A stretch of DNA of 64,000 nt from Verrucomicrobiota bacterium (GCA_049510745.1 JBEKYR010000008.1:32001-96000); one strand, 5' to 3'; positions 9,264-19,846 are shown, numbered from the stretch's first letter. A program made the numbers and translations. Notes: a model not told the origin generated them from the sequence alone.

Positions 9264-11957
9264 ATGAGACTCATCGTCCCGGCCTCCCGAATTTCAGTCC
9301 CGGCCCTCTTCGTCCTTGCGATCCTGACGGCGGCGTGTCCGCTGGCAGCGTCGCCCGACGAGGATTTTGCCGGCTCCTCCGACAAGGTGGGGCTCAACGG
9401 CGCGGGTCGGTTTGAGACACCGGTCAATCAAATGCTTGCGCCGGCCGGCCTCCAGGTTGAGCTGCCCGGCATGAGGCCGCAGGCCCTGGCGCTCAGCCCC
9501 GACAAACGGCTCCTCATCACGGCGGGCCAAACGCACGAACTGGTTGTTCTTGATCCCGCGTCCGGCCAAATCCTCCAGCGTGTCCCGTTCCCGGATACGG
9601 AAAAGAATCAACCGCAAGGACCCGTTTCCGCAGCCGAGCTGGGGCCGGATTTGAAAGCCCAAATCAGCTTCACCGGACTGGCCTTTTCGCCGGACGGCTC
9701 CCGCGTGTATATGGCGAACGTCAACGGAGACGTCAAAGTCTTCGCCGTGCAACAGGACCATAGGGTGCAGGGACTCTTTTCCATCGCGCTCCCGACGGAC
9801 AAAGGGCACGCGCGCGCGGCTGAAATCCCGTCGGGCCTCGCCGTTTCGGCGGACGGCAAACGGCTTTACGTTGTGCTCAATCTCTCAAATCGGCTGGCCG
9901 AATTGGACGCCGAGACGGGCCGCGTCCTGCGGCTTTGGGACGTGGGCGTCGAACCTTACGACGTTGTGCTGTCTCCGTCCAAGGCGTATGTGAGCAACTG
10001 GGGCGGACGCAGACCGGATGCGAACAGCATCACCGGTCCCGCCGGGCTGGGGCAACGGGTGCGGGTCGATCCGATCCGCCGCGTCCCCAGCGAAGGGTCC
10101 GTTTCAATCATCAAGCTCCATTCGGACGCGCCTCCGGCGGAGATTCTCACCGGGCTGCACGCTTCGGCCCTGGCGCTCTCTCCCAACGGACGATTCCTGG
10201 TCGTGGCCAACGCGGGCAGCGACACTCTGAGTTTCATCGACACCCGCACGGATGAAATCGCGGAGACCATTTCCGCCCGGCAGAACCCCGGCGATTTGCT
10301 CGGCGCCCAGCCCGACGCGGCGGCCTTCGACGAGACGGGGAAAACGCTTTTCGTGTGCAACGGAACGCAGAACGCGGTGGCGCTCTTCCATTTTGAGCCT
10401 GGAAAATCCAAGCTGCTCGGGTTGGCGCCGGTGGGCTGGTTCCCCGGCGCGATTGTTTACGACGCCAGACAGAAATCCATTGACGTGGCGAACCTCAAGG
10501 GTGTCAAGGAATACCCCGCCAATAACGGCGACCGGGCGCAATTCAATTCGACGCGCTGGCACGGGTCGCTCTCGCTGGTGCCCGTGCCGGACGCGCCCTC
10601 GCTGGAGACGCTGACCCGAACGGCCCTGGCCGCCATCCGTTTCCCCCTGCTGACCCAGGCCAGGCTGCCGGCGCGGCCCGATCAAGCGCCGCGCCCCGTC
10701 CCCGCGCGGGCCGGCGAGCCGAGCCTCATCCAGCATGTCATATATATCATCAAGGAAAACCGGACTTACGATCAGGTGCTGGGCGACGTGAAAGAGGGCA
10801 ACGGCGATCCTTCTCTTTGCTCGTTCGGCGGGCAGATCACCCCCAACCAACACAAACTCGTCCATGAGTTCGTCCTGCTCGACAACACTTATTGCTGCGG
10901 CAGCCGCAGTCCCGACGGCCATCAATGGGCCGACAGTGCCATCGCGACGGATTACATGGAGAGAATTTATGCCGGCTTTCCCCGCAGTTACCCCTTCGGC
11001 GGCGAGGCGGGCGGCGAGGACGCCATGGCCTATTCGCCCGCCGGTTTTATTTGGGACGACGCCATTGCGCACGGCAAATCATTGCGCGACTACGGCGAGT
11101 ACACCGACGCCCACAAACAGTGGAACGATCCGGCGCGCAAAGGCAGTCCGTCATTCCTCGATCTTTACCGGGAATGGACGGAGGGGACCAAGACCATCTC
11201 GCTCTGGAGCACGCCGAACATCGAATCCTTGCGCGATTACGTCGCCACGAACACGATCGGCTGGGATTTGGACGTGCCCGATGTCTTCCGGGCCGCTCAA
11301 TTCATCAACGACCTCAAGGAATTCGAGACCACGGGCCATTTCCCGGCCCTGGTCATCATCTCGCTGCCCAACGATCACACCAGCGGCGCCAGGCCCAATT
11401 CGCCGACGCCGGCTGCGCAGGTGGCGGACAACGATCTCGCCTTGGGCAGGATTGTCCAAGCTGTCAGCCACAGCCCGTTTTGGAAGGACACCTGCCTCTT
11501 TGCCATCGAAGACGATCCGCAATCCGGATGGGACCACGTCAGCGGGTATCGCACCACGGCGTACGTGGCGAGCGCCTTCGCCAAACGAGGGCAGGTGGTC
11601 AGCACGCAATACAACCAGACCAGCATCCTGCGCACGATCGAACTGATGCTGGGGCTGCCGCCGATGAATCAAATGGACGCCACCGCGACCCCAATGTTTG
11701 ACTGTTTCATGGACACCCCCGATCTGACGCCATTCGAGGCGGTGCCGAACACCGTGCCGCTGGACCAGATGAATCCGGCGCCCAAGAGGATTTCCGACCG
11801 TCTCCTGCGCAAGGACGCCTATGTCTCGGCGCGGCTGCCGCTGGGCAAGCCGGACCAGTGCCCGGACGATTTGCTCAACCGCATTCTCTGGCGCGCGACC
11901 AAAGGCCCGCGAACCCCGTATCCGGATTGGGCGGTCAAAGCGGGCGATGATGATTGA
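9264..11957 (+). CDS. YncE/YVTN beta-propeller plus phosphoesterase, secreted
   Basis: signal peptide, propeller repeats (LALSPDKR, LAFSPDGS, LAVSADGK), IIKENRTYDQVLGD, LPNDHTSG, EDDPQSGWDHV. Confidence 0.88.
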   Translation: MRLIVPASRISVPALFVLAILTAACPLAASPDEDFAGSSDKVGLNGAGRFETPVNQMLAPAGLQVELPGMRPQALALSPDKRLLITAGQTHELVVLDPASGQILQRVPFPDTEKNQPQGPVSAAELGPDLKAQISFTGLAFSPDGSRVYMANVNGDVKVFAVQQDHRVQGLFSIALPTDKGHARAAEIPSGLAVSADGKRLYVVLNLSNRLAELDAETGRVLRLWDVGVEPYDVVLSPSKAYVSNWGGRRPDANSITGPAGLGQRVRVDPIRRVPSEGSVSIIKLHSDAPPAEILTGLHASALALSPNGRFLVVANAGSDTLSFIDTRTDEIAETISARQNPGDLLGAQPDAAAFDETGKTLFVCNGTQNAVALFHFEPGKSKLLGLAPVGWFPGAIVYDARQKSIDVANLKGVKEYPANNGDRAQFNSTRWHGSLSLVPVPDAPSLETLTRTALAAIRFPLLTQARLPARPDQAPRPVPARAGEPSLIQHVIYIIKENRTYDQVLGDVKEGNGDPSLCSFGGQITPNQHKLVHEFVLLDNTYCCGSRSPDGHQWADSAIATDYMERIYAGFPRSYPFGGEAGGEDAMAYSPAGFIWDDAIAHGKSLRDYGEYTDAHKQWNDPARKGSPSFLDLYREWTEGTKTISLWSTPNIESLRDYVATNTIGWDLDVPDVFRAAQFINDLKEFETTGHFPALVIISLPNDHTSGARPNSPTPAAQVADNDLALGRIVQAVSHSPFWKDTCLFAIEDDPQSGWDHVSGYRTTAYVASAFAKRGQVVSTQYNQTSILRTIELMLGLPPMNQMDATATPMFDCFMDTPDLTPFEAVPNTVPLDQMNPAPKRISDRLLRKDAYVSARLPLGKPDQCPDDLLNRILWRATKGPRTPYPDWAVKAGDDD

Positions 11958-12070
11958 GAACCAGGCTTCCGCGCCGCCGGTGTCCTGTTTTGAAATCAAG
12001 GCGGCAAGACGACCGTGAGTTTATGCTTGGTCAGGGCTGCATACCCCTTGCTTTTCAAACTTCGAAGTTC

Positions 12071-12227
12071 CGCGATTTACCGCGATTCACCGCGATTTAG
12101 CACGATTTGGCGGGGGAAAGGATCAAGCATGGTTCATCAATCGTGGCCGAGATTTTCTTTTTTTGGCACGATTCGGCACGATTTGGCACGATTTACCGCG
12201 ATTCACCGCGAATTCCCGCGATTCGCC
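12071..12227. repeat. two blocks of degenerate 10-nt tandem repeats (C[G/A]CGATTYRS)
   Basis: cgcgatttac cgcgattcac cgcgatttag cacgatttgg at 12071-12110 and about six more units at 12167-12227. Confidence 0.85.
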
Positions 12228-12672
12228 ATGCGGCGGTCGTAAATGACGGCATTGCCGGCGGCATCGGGTTCCGTCCTGCGGCGAGTGAACAGGACCGCTG
12301 CCCGGCGACCGCGCTTTATGTCAAAGAGCGAGCACTCGCACGTCGCGAATATGACACAGAATTGTGCCTTTGCAAGTCTTTTTGTTTAGTAATTCAGGGC
12401 CGGGAGTGATGGCCGGGAAAGGCCGCTTCCGCCGCGGCAAGGCTTCCGCCTTCGTTAAAACTGTGGTGGGCAAGTTGGCGGACAAGACGGCGGGCAAAGC
12501 AGGCGGCATCGCCGGACAAGCTCGCGCCAGAGACACCCGATAACCTGGTGAAGGACGCGCCTCATAATCCGGCGCAGGCGGATGGGCTGGCGTATTCATT
12601 TGAATGGCGCCGCCGCACTCGGTATAAGAGAACGTATGGCAGAGACCAACTACACCAAGCCGTCGGGTGTCC

Positions 12673-12780
12673 GCGCTGCTGCCGAAGCAGCTGTCGGGCG
12701 AGTTGCGCGTGGCGGCGCAAATGCTACGGCAGGCAGGCGTGCCAGCCGCTTTACAAAAATTTGAGGAGGGAAAAACATGA
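12673..12780 (+). pseudogene. hsdS: type I restriction specificity subunit, C-terminal remnant
   Basis: reads ALLPKQLSGELRV (HsdS C-terminal LLPKLLSGELRV motif); the frame stops in an ATGA overlap with the rhuM start. Confidence 0.7.
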
Positions 12781-13802
12781 ACCAATCCTCCTCCCCTCTT
12801 CCCGCGCGCGCCGGGGGCAAGTTCGTGCTCTACACCGCGCCGGACGGGGCGGTGAAGGTGGAGGTGTTTTTCCGGGACGAAACGGTCTGGCTGACCCAAA
12901 AGGCGCTGGGGGAACTGTTCGGCGTTAAGCGCCCGGCCATCACAAAGCACTTGCTGAACATCTTCTCCACCGGGGAACTGGCCGAGGAATCAGTATGTTC
13001 CATTTTGGAACATACTGCCGGGGATGGAAAAACTTACTCCGCCAAATATTACAATCTCGATGCCATCATCGCCGTAGGCTACCGGGTGAACAGCTATCAG
13101 GCCACGCAGTTTCGCATCTGGGCCACGAAGACGCTGCGTGAGTTCATCGTCAAGGGTTTCGTGCTGGACGACGAACGGTTGAAACAAGGCAAGCAGGTTT
13201 TCGGCAAAGATTATTTCGATGAGTTGCTGGAGCGCATCCGGGAAATCCGGGCCAGCGAGCGGCGGTTTTACCAGAAGATCACGGACCTCTATGCGCTGGC
13301 GGTGGACTACGATCCGAACGCGCCGGTGACCCAGGGGTTTTTCGCCACGGTGCAAAACAAGCTGCATTGGGCCATCACCGGGCAGACGGCGGCGGAATTG
13401 ATTTACGCCACCGCCGACGCGACGGAGATTTACATGGGGCTGACGACTTGGAAGCACGCGCCGCGCGGAAAGATTTTGAAGTCCGACGTGACGGTGGCGA
13501 AAAATTACTTGAGCGAGGCGCACGTCAAGGAGTTGAACCGGATTGTTTCGGCGTATCTGGACCTGGCGGAAAACCGCGCCCAGCGGGGCATCGTCACACG
13601 GATGGCGGAATGGGTCACGTTTTTGAACCGCTTCCTGGAGTTGTCGAACTATCCGATTTTGCGGGACAAAGGCAAGGTCAGCACGCTGGAGGCGAAGCTC
13701 AAAGCGGAAGGCGAATACGAGGTCTATCGCCAGCGGCAGGACGCGGAATACATCTCGGACTTCGACCGGGAGATCAAACGCATCGAGGGAAAAAAACCGT
13801 GA
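12777..13802 (+). CDS. rhuM: RhuM-family protein
   Basis: ETVWLTQKALGELF, YYNLDAIIAVGYRVNS, ATQFRIWAT, ERIREIRASERRFYQK. Confidence 0.92.
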   Translation: MNQSSSPLPARAGGKFVLYTAPDGAVKVEVFFRDETVWLTQKALGELFGVKRPAITKHLLNIFSTGELAEESVCSILEHTAGDGKTYSAKYYNLDAIIAVGYRVNSYQATQFRIWATKTLREFIVKGFVLDDERLKQGKQVFGKDYFDELLERIREIRASERRFYQKITDLYALAVDYDPNAPVTQGFFATVQNKLHWAITGQTAAELIYATADATEIYMGLTTWKHAPRGKILKSDVTVAKNYLSEAHVKELNRIVSAYLDLAENRAQRGIVTRMAEWVTFLNRFLELSNYPILRDKGKVSTLEAKLKAEGEYEVYRQRQDAEYISDFDREIKRIEGKKP

Positions 13803-14023
13803 GCAACATCAACGAATCCGTCGTCGAAGAAGTTGCGCTCGGCTGGCTGAGAGGTTTCGGCTACGAAGTTTTGTCCGGGTTGGTGATTGCGCCGGGGGAG
13901 CCGGCGGCGGAACGTTCAGATTACAAGCAGGTTCTTCTTTTCGACCGGTTGCAAACGAAGCTGGAGGATTTGAATCCCGAATTAATATGCGCGGATGTGG
14001 CTGACATGGATAGTGCCGCGTGA
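13799..14023 (+). pseudogene. hsdR: type I restriction subunit R, N-terminal remnant
   Basis: GTGA overlap; INESVVEEVALGWLRGFGY...PGEPAAERSDYKQVLLFDRL...LNPEL resembles the HsdR N-terminus, then breaks off after about 62 aa. Confidence 0.78.
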
Positions 14024-14057
14024 CGGAACACTGACATGATTCGTTCTTTTAAGCGGC

Positions 14058-16109
14058 TCAATTTGCGGCGGGCTTGGCGGCGGCGGGCGGCGCGGTCTGT
14101 TCCAAGGGCAGGGAAATGCGCACCAGGCCGGGGAAACCGACGCGCGGGGGCGGGATTTCCATTTTGCCCGAGTGGGTCTGGATGATCTTGCTGGTCACGG
14201 CCAACCCCAGCCCCAGGCCGACTTTGCGCGTGGTGAAAAACGGCTCGGAGGCCTTGCCCGCCGCCTCGGCGCTGAAGCCGGTGCCGCTGTCCTGCACTTC
14301 GATCTGCGCCCAGCGCGAGCCGCTCGAATCGGTTTCCGACCGGGTCCGCACCTGGACCTGGCAGGAAGAGGTGTTGGCCTGGAGGGCGTTGAGGATGATT
14401 TCGGCAAAGGCATGTTGCAGACCCAGGCGGTCGCAGGAAATGCTCAACGGTTCGCCCAAGGACTCGTACTGCAAGAGGACGGTGGCCGAGGAATGATAGG
14501 CCCGCGCCTCGCGGAAGGCCTCCTCAATTAATTGTTTGACAGGAACGGATTCCATCTGGCTGACGTGGTCGCGGGCCAGAAACCGCATCTGATCGACCAG
14601 CCGGCTGACCCGTTTGACGCTGTCTTCCATGGCCGCCGCCAGCGACTGCTGGAATTCCGGGTCCGCCCCGCGTTCGGGCAACAGTTGGTGGTGGGTGGAG
14701 AGCGGGACGACGGCGTTGCCAATCTCGTGCGCGAGCCGTTCGGCCATTTGTTGCACCAGGCGCAGATTGGCCGTCTCGATTTCCAAGTGGCGCAGGCGGT
14801 CTGTCGCCGTGCAATCTTCCACCACCATCAGCACCGCCGTGGGCGTGGGCGACTTTTCCTGGCGGAAGGGCGTGATGGCGATTTGGTAGGAGCGCTCGGC
14901 CTGCTCCGGCGGATGAAACTTGAACTCGGAGATGGGCTTGCCGGTTTTGAGCACTTCAAAAACCTTGCTGCCGACGACCTGGGGCAGGTCGTTGAAATCG
15001 AACGCCCCGGCCGGGCGGTCGGTTCGCGGGAAACAAGCCCGCGCCATCTCGTTGGCATGCAGCACGTTCAACTCGCGTCCGATGACCACGCACCCCGTTT
15101 TGATGTGGCGCAAGATGTCGAACATCATTTCGTGCCGGGCGGCCACCTGGTCGTGCCACCAGATGTTCTTGATGGCCAGACCCAACTGTTCGAGCAAATG
15201 AAAGATCAGCGCCAGTTCGTTATTGCCCATCGGCTCTCCCGTCACCCGTTCGTCGAACACCGCCACCCCGACGAGCGATTCGCGGTCCAGCACCGGGATG
15301 GCGATGCGCGCCCCCAGCAAATCAAATTCCCGCTGCATCAACGGGTCCCGTTCCACCTCTTCGCTCTCCCGCCGCAGCACGCGTCCGGTGCGAAAGACGT
15401 GGCCGCCCAGGCCCGTGTCCAGCGACAATTCCAGGTGTTCCAGCACGCCGCTGGAAAGGCCAATGGCGCACCCCGGATACAACCGCTCCGAGCGGCCCGC
15501 CTTCCCCGCATCCCCCGGCGCGCGCGGCGCCTGCCGGAGAAAAATCGCCGCGCGGTTGACCCCCAGGATTTCGCGCAACAGCAGCAGAAACTCCCTGAGC
15601 AGCGCCTCCGCGCAGAGGCTGTGGCAAAGGATGGACGAATAATTGCGCAGCAACTCCAGCATGCGGCCGGCCAGCAAATCCCCTTCCGGCGCCCGCGGCT
15701 TCTCCATCCGGGGCCGCGCCGGCGCGGCCGGGGCCGCTTCCGCCGGGAGCCGGGCGGCGAAGAGACGGTCGAGGAGGGAATTGAGCAGGCGGCCCCGCAC
15801 CGGCTTGCTTAAAATGTAATTGACTCCAAGCAGATAGGCCTCTTCCTCCCAGTTCCACTGCGCCTCCGACGCATAGAGGATCATCGGGCACAGCGGCAGC
15901 ACCCGCCGCAAACGCTCGATGCCGCGGATCGGTTCCACCGTCGTCAGGTCCGCGTCGAACACGCACGCGTCGATCGACGCGGCCGTCAGGCGCAATTCAT
16001 CCTCGCGCAGCTCGCTGTGCTCGATGACGCGATAGCGGGTGGTGTCGAGCGCCGCGCGGACGGCGGCGGCCAGGGCGGGATTGGGGGCGATGACCAGCAA
16101 GGTTTTCAT
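14058..16109 (-). CDS. cytoplasmic histidine kinase (receiver-like, GAF, PAS, HisKA, HATPase)
   Basis: N-terminal receiver-like fold (CVFDADL, ILSKP), LAHEIGN H-box, NALQA, DSGTG, PFFTT, GLGLGL. Confidence 0.88.
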   Translation of the reverse strand: MKTLLVIAPNPALAAAVRAALDTTRYRVIEHSELREDELRLTAASIDACVFDADLTTVEPIRGIERLRRVLPLCPMILYASEAQWNWEEEAYLLGVNYILSKPVRGRLLNSLLDRLFAARLPAEAAPAAPARPRMEKPRAPEGDLLAGRMLELLRNYSSILCHSLCAEALLREFLLLLREILGVNRAAIFLRQAPRAPGDAGKAGRSERLYPGCAIGLSSGVLEHLELSLDTGLGGHVFRTGRVLRRESEEVERDPLMQREFDLLGARIAIPVLDRESLVGVAVFDERVTGEPMGNNELALIFHLLEQLGLAIKNIWWHDQVAARHEMMFDILRHIKTGCVVIGRELNVLHANEMARACFPRTDRPAGAFDFNDLPQVVGSKVFEVLKTGKPISEFKFHPPEQAERSYQIAITPFRQEKSPTPTAVLMVVEDCTATDRLRHLEIETANLRLVQQMAERLAHEIGNAVVPLSTHHQLLPERGADPEFQQSLAAAMEDSVKRVSRLVDQMRFLARDHVSQMESVPVKQLIEEAFREARAYHSSATVLLQYESLGEPLSISCDRLGLQHAFAEIILNALQANTSSCQVQVRTRSETDSSGSRWAQIEVQDSGTGFSAEAAGKASEPFFTTRKVGLGLGLAVTSKIIQTHSGKMEIPPPRVGFPGLVRISLPLEQTAPPAAAKPAAN

Positions 16110-18295
16110 GCCGGGATCATGTTCAGCCGCGGGTTGGAGGAGGGCGGCGCCGGGGTGTGGTTGACGCTCAACTTGCTGGGCAAATCGACCTGGACGGTGG
16201 TGCCGGCTTTCTCCTTGCTGGCGATGCTCAGGCTGCCGCCGTGAAGGTGGGCAATGTTGCGCGCGATGGCCAAACCGAGACCGAAACCGCGCTTGCCGTC
16301 GCCCGTGTTCTTGGTCGTGAAGTAGGGCGTGAAGACGCGCTGCAAATTCTCGGCATTGATGCCTTCCCCATGATCAATCACCTTGAGCCGATGCCAGTCG
16401 CGGCTCAATTCGGTTTTGGGCAGGGGGGACAGTTCCACTTCAATTTGCGCGCCGGGGGGCGAGGCGTCGATGGCGTTGGAGAGGAGGTTGCAGATGAGCC
16501 GTTTGATCAAGACGGCGTCCATCTCAATGGCCACTCCGGTTTCGCCCCGGTAAATGATCTGGGCGCCCTTTCTTTCCGCGGCGGGCTGCACCAGCGACAT
16601 GGCGTCGCGCACCGTGGCATCCAGCAGGCCGGACTTGCCGTGCAACTTGGACGAGCGGGAGAAAAAGAGGGCTTCGTTGACGTAGCTGCGGACGGTTTCC
16701 AGGTTGCGCAGGCACATCGGCAGCAACTCGTCGATCGTCTCCTGGTTCAAGCGCGATTCCCGGAACAACTGCAGCAACGTCTGCATCGGGGTGAGCAAAT
16801 TGTTCAGGTCATGCGCCAGGCCGCGGGACATGCGCCCCAGCAGGTCCTGTTCGTGGACGACCTGCAATTGCTGGCGCAGGCGGATTTGGTTCAACAACAG
16901 GCCCAGGTTCGAGGCCAATTCGGCCAGCAAACGCAGGTCATGCGGGGTAAAGAGTTCCCCGCTGGCTTTGGGCCCCAGCAACATCATCCCGATCAGATCG
17001 TCACCGACAAAAAATGGAAAACAGAACTCCGGCTCGAATGAGCGCAATTGCTGGCGGGCCGCCCGCTGCAAGAGCGATTCGCTGTCCGTCTCATAAATGA
17101 GGTTGCAGGACAAAAACTTCGCCCGGGTTTGTTGGAAATAGCGAAAGACCGGCGAGTCCACCCGCAGGTCCGGCAGCGCGCTCTCCGCCTGCTGGGGACG
17201 CGAGTGGAAGAGCTTGAACCCCCGCGTCGTGTCGTCCAGGAGGATGATTTGGTAGCTGCGCATCTTCATCGTGCTGGCCAGCAATTCCTCCAGCTCCTGC
17301 AACAGATACTGCGGTTCGGGATACGAGCGCATCGTCTGGATCAACGCCTGCACGCGGGCGTGGTATTCAAACCGGTCGCCCAGTATCTGCCGCTCCAGTT
17401 TGTCGCTCCCGCGGCCAAAGAATTGGGGAAAGAAAAGCCCCGCCAGCAGCGCGCTGGCCAGCAGCACCACCATGTCCGCCCCGAACGAAAAGGTGGTGAA
17501 CTTGTCCGGCGCCAGGCGCGACACCAGCAACAACAGCAGGAAGCCCACCAGCATCATAAAGAGCAACCGCACCATTTGCGCCGCGAACCGGCTCAGGGTG
17601 ACATGGATGTCCAAAAGCCGGTGCTGCAGCACGCTGTAACCAATGATGACCACGTAAAACACCGCCGCCAAACTGCCCAGCGGATAAAACCGGATGTGCG
17701 TGAGCGGATAGGTGTCGTGACCCAAAATCGGCATCAAATCATTGGTCCCGAACACCCACAGCCCGACAATGGCCAGCAAGAGCGCCCGCAAGCGCGTGCG
17801 CTGCATCGGCGGCACCGCTTTTTGCTTGCGATACAACAGCAGCACCAGGGACGCCGTGATGAACACGTAAGTGTAACCGAAGAGGGGGAAGACCGGTCCG
17901 GGCACCGACCAATACCCGACGTTGAGCATCCGCACGCCGATGATGAATTTGTTGAAAAACAGGCTGATCGCAAATCCGATATGGATCAGATACAACGCCG
18001 GAATGACCCACTTCAGCCGCGCCTTCGCGATGACCGCGCACAAATGAAAGAGGGTCACCGGCATGAAAATCACGCCCAACTGCAGCACCTTGGCCCAGGC
18101 AAAGGCCTCCTCCTGGCTGATGTTCTGGCTCAAATGGAACACTCCCAGGTTCCAGAGCGTCACCGAGACGCCCCAGGCCAGATAAACCCGGTGCAACGTC
18201 GAACGATAATCCCGGGACAAGACCAGAACCGTCAATACGACGTTGAAGAGCGTCGCCGCCAGCGCCGTGATTCGGATGACATCGAGCGTGTTCAT
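16106..18295 (-). CDS. membrane histidine kinase with N-terminal 7TM-type sensor and GAF domain
   Basis: many N-terminal TM helices, LGPKASGELFTPHDL GAF, LAHDLNN H-box, DHGEG, PYFTTK, GFGLGL. Confidence 0.9.
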   Translation of the reverse strand: MNTLDVIRITALAATLFNVVLTVLVLSRDYRSTLHRVYLAWGVSVTLWNLGVFHLSQNISQEEAFAWAKVLQLGVIFMPVTLFHLCAVIAKARLKWVIPALYLIHIGFAISLFFNKFIIGVRMLNVGYWSVPGPVFPLFGYTYVFITASLVLLLYRKQKAVPPMQRTRLRALLLAIVGLWVFGTNDLMPILGHDTYPLTHIRFYPLGSLAAVFYVVIIGYSVLQHRLLDIHVTLSRFAAQMVRLLFMMLVGFLLLLLVSRLAPDKFTTFSFGADMVVLLASALLAGLFFPQFFGRGSDKLERQILGDRFEYHARVQALIQTMRSYPEPQYLLQELEELLASTMKMRSYQIILLDDTTRGFKLFHSRPQQAESALPDLRVDSPVFRYFQQTRAKFLSCNLIYETDSESLLQRAARQQLRSFEPEFCFPFFVGDDLIGMMLLGPKASGELFTPHDLRLLAELASNLGLLLNQIRLRQQLQVVHEQDLLGRMSRGLAHDLNNLLTPMQTLLQLFRESRLNQETIDELLPMCLRNLETVRSYVNEALFFSRSSKLHGKSGLLDATVRDAMSLVQPAAERKGAQIIYRGETGVAIEMDAVLIKRLICNLLSNAIDASPPGAQIEVELSPLPKTELSRDWHRLKVIDHGEGINAENLQRVFTPYFTTKNTGDGKRGFGLGLAIARNIAHLHGGSLSIASKEKAGTTVQVDLPSKLSVNHTPAPPSSNPRLNMIPA

Positions 18296-18301
18296 CGCCT
18301 T

Positions 18302-19555
18302 TCAATACTTCTTCAACACCAGGCACGCGTAACGCCCCCCAAATCCCGCGTTGAGGTTGACCGCGACCCGCACCGGGTAGGAGCGCGCCCCGCCGGCGAC
18401 GTAGTCCAGGTCGCAGCCCGGATCGGGTTTGTGCAAATTGATCGTCGGCGGTATCTCCTGGCGCGCGATGGCCAGCGCGCAAATCATCGTTTCAATCGCC
18501 CCGGAGGCGCCCATCAAGTGGCCGGTCACCGGCTTGGTCGCGCTCACCGCCAGCCGCCGGGCGTGCTCGCGGAAGACCTTTTTGATGGCGCGCGTCTCGA
18601 TCGGATCGTTCAGCGGCGTGGCCGAGCCGTGGGCGTTGATGTAGTCCACCTCGCTTGGATGGACCCGCGCGTCGCGCAGCGCCTTCTCCAGCGCCCGCGC
18701 GTAACCGATCCCGTCCGGATGCGGGTCGGTCGCGTGATACGCTTCGCAACTGCGCCCGTGGCCGGCGACTTCCGCGTAGATGCGCGCCCCGCGCCCCAGC
18801 GCGTGCGACAACTCCTCCAACACAAAAAACGCCGCCCCTTCTCCGAGCAGAAATCCGTCCCGTGTCCGGTCGAAGGGCCGCATCGCCTGGGCCGGTTCGC
18901 AGCTTTGCTCGGTCATGGCGCGGACGCGGCAAAAGCCGACGTGCAACATCTCCATCGTTTCTTCCGAGCCGCCCGCCACCGCGACATCGACGTCGTCGCT
19001 TTGGATCATGCGGAAGGCGTAGCCGATGGCATCGTTGCCGGAGGCGCAGCCCGAACAATAGGTGACGGCGTGGCCGTGGATGCCCAGGTGCAGGCTGATG
19101 GTGCTGCTGCCTTCCCCGCAATAGCCGGCCACCACATTGTAAGGATGCAAGGCGCGGAAATTGCCGTCGTTGGCCGTGTAACTGTCGCGCGCTTTGATGA
19201 TGCTTTCGGCGCCGCTGATGGTCGTGCCCTCCACCACACCGACGCGGTCAGGCTCCACGCCCTGAATGTCCAGGCCCGAGTCCCTGACCGCGAGCGTGGC
19301 CGCCGCCACCCCGTATTGGATTGTCAGGTCAAACCGGCCGGGCTTGCGGCTGGTGATGTAATCGGAGACATCGAAATCCTTGACCTCGGCCGCGATCTTG
19401 ACCGGCAGCTTGCTGGCGTCAAACCGGCTGACCGGCCCGGCGGCGCTGATCCCGTCGCGGACGTTACGCCAGAAGGTGTCCAAGTCTTTGCCGCTTGGGG
19501 CAATGACTCCCATCCCAGTAATCACGACGCGTCGCTCGGGCAGGTCGATGTTCAT
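18302..19555 (-). CDS. FabF-like beta-ketoacyl synthase (stand-alone)
   Basis: RRVVITGMG, catalytic SGCASG, INAHGSAT, KPVTGHLMGA, GFGG; no ACP or other fab genes nearby. Confidence 0.92.
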   Translation of the reverse strand: MNIDLPERRVVITGMGVIAPSGKDLDTFWRNVRDGISAAGPVSRFDASKLPVKIAAEVKDFDVSDYITSRKPGRFDLTIQYGVAAATLAVRDSGLDIQGVEPDRVGVVEGTTISGAESIIKARDSYTANDGNFRALHPYNVVAGYCGEGSSTISLHLGIHGHAVTYCSGCASGNDAIGYAFRMIQSDDVDVAVAGGSEETMEMLHVGFCRVRAMTEQSCEPAQAMRPFDRTRDGFLLGEGAAFFVLEELSHALGRGARIYAEVAGHGRSCEAYHATDPHPDGIGYARALEKALRDARVHPSEVDYINAHGSATPLNDPIETRAIKKVFREHARRLAVSATKPVTGHLMGASGAIETMICALAIARQEIPPTINLHKPDPGCDLDYVAGGARSYPVRVAVNLNAGFGGRYACLVLKKY

Positions 19556-19718
19556 GGAATTGGAATTTGTCTCAATTGCAGCGTGTCGAAAGTTCCAAGG
19601 ATTGTCCCGGGAGGTGAAATGTCGCGGGCACGGTTTGTCTCCCCGAGATGTTGATCGCACCTTGTCTGCGCCGCCCCAATCTCCATCTCGACACCATATA
19701 CGCCCCTTTTTCGGACTA

Positions 19719-19733
19719 TTGGCAACGTGCCAA
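19719..19733. promoter_or_regulatory. palindromic candidate regulator site upstream of the ketosynthase-kinase operon
   Basis: TTGGCA-acg-TGCCAA perfect inverted repeat about 165 nt upstream of the ATG. Confidence 0.35.
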
Positions 19734-19846
19734 CCGGAGTCATTGACTAATATCTAATTCATTGCGGGCAAACGTTCAACAGCTAATTGAGCGCCGCCGT
19801 CTTGCATTTTTTGCGGTGCCGGCCACAATAATTGGCCTCCCCGTTT

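Noticed and set aside
17048..19654. 868-aa plus-strand ORF
   Set aside because: Antisense shadow of the kinase and ketosynthase genes
19710..19740. Sigma54 promoter for the ketosynthase operon
   Set aside because: TGGCACG is present on the minus strand but GC is not at the required -12 spacing; kept only as a palindrome
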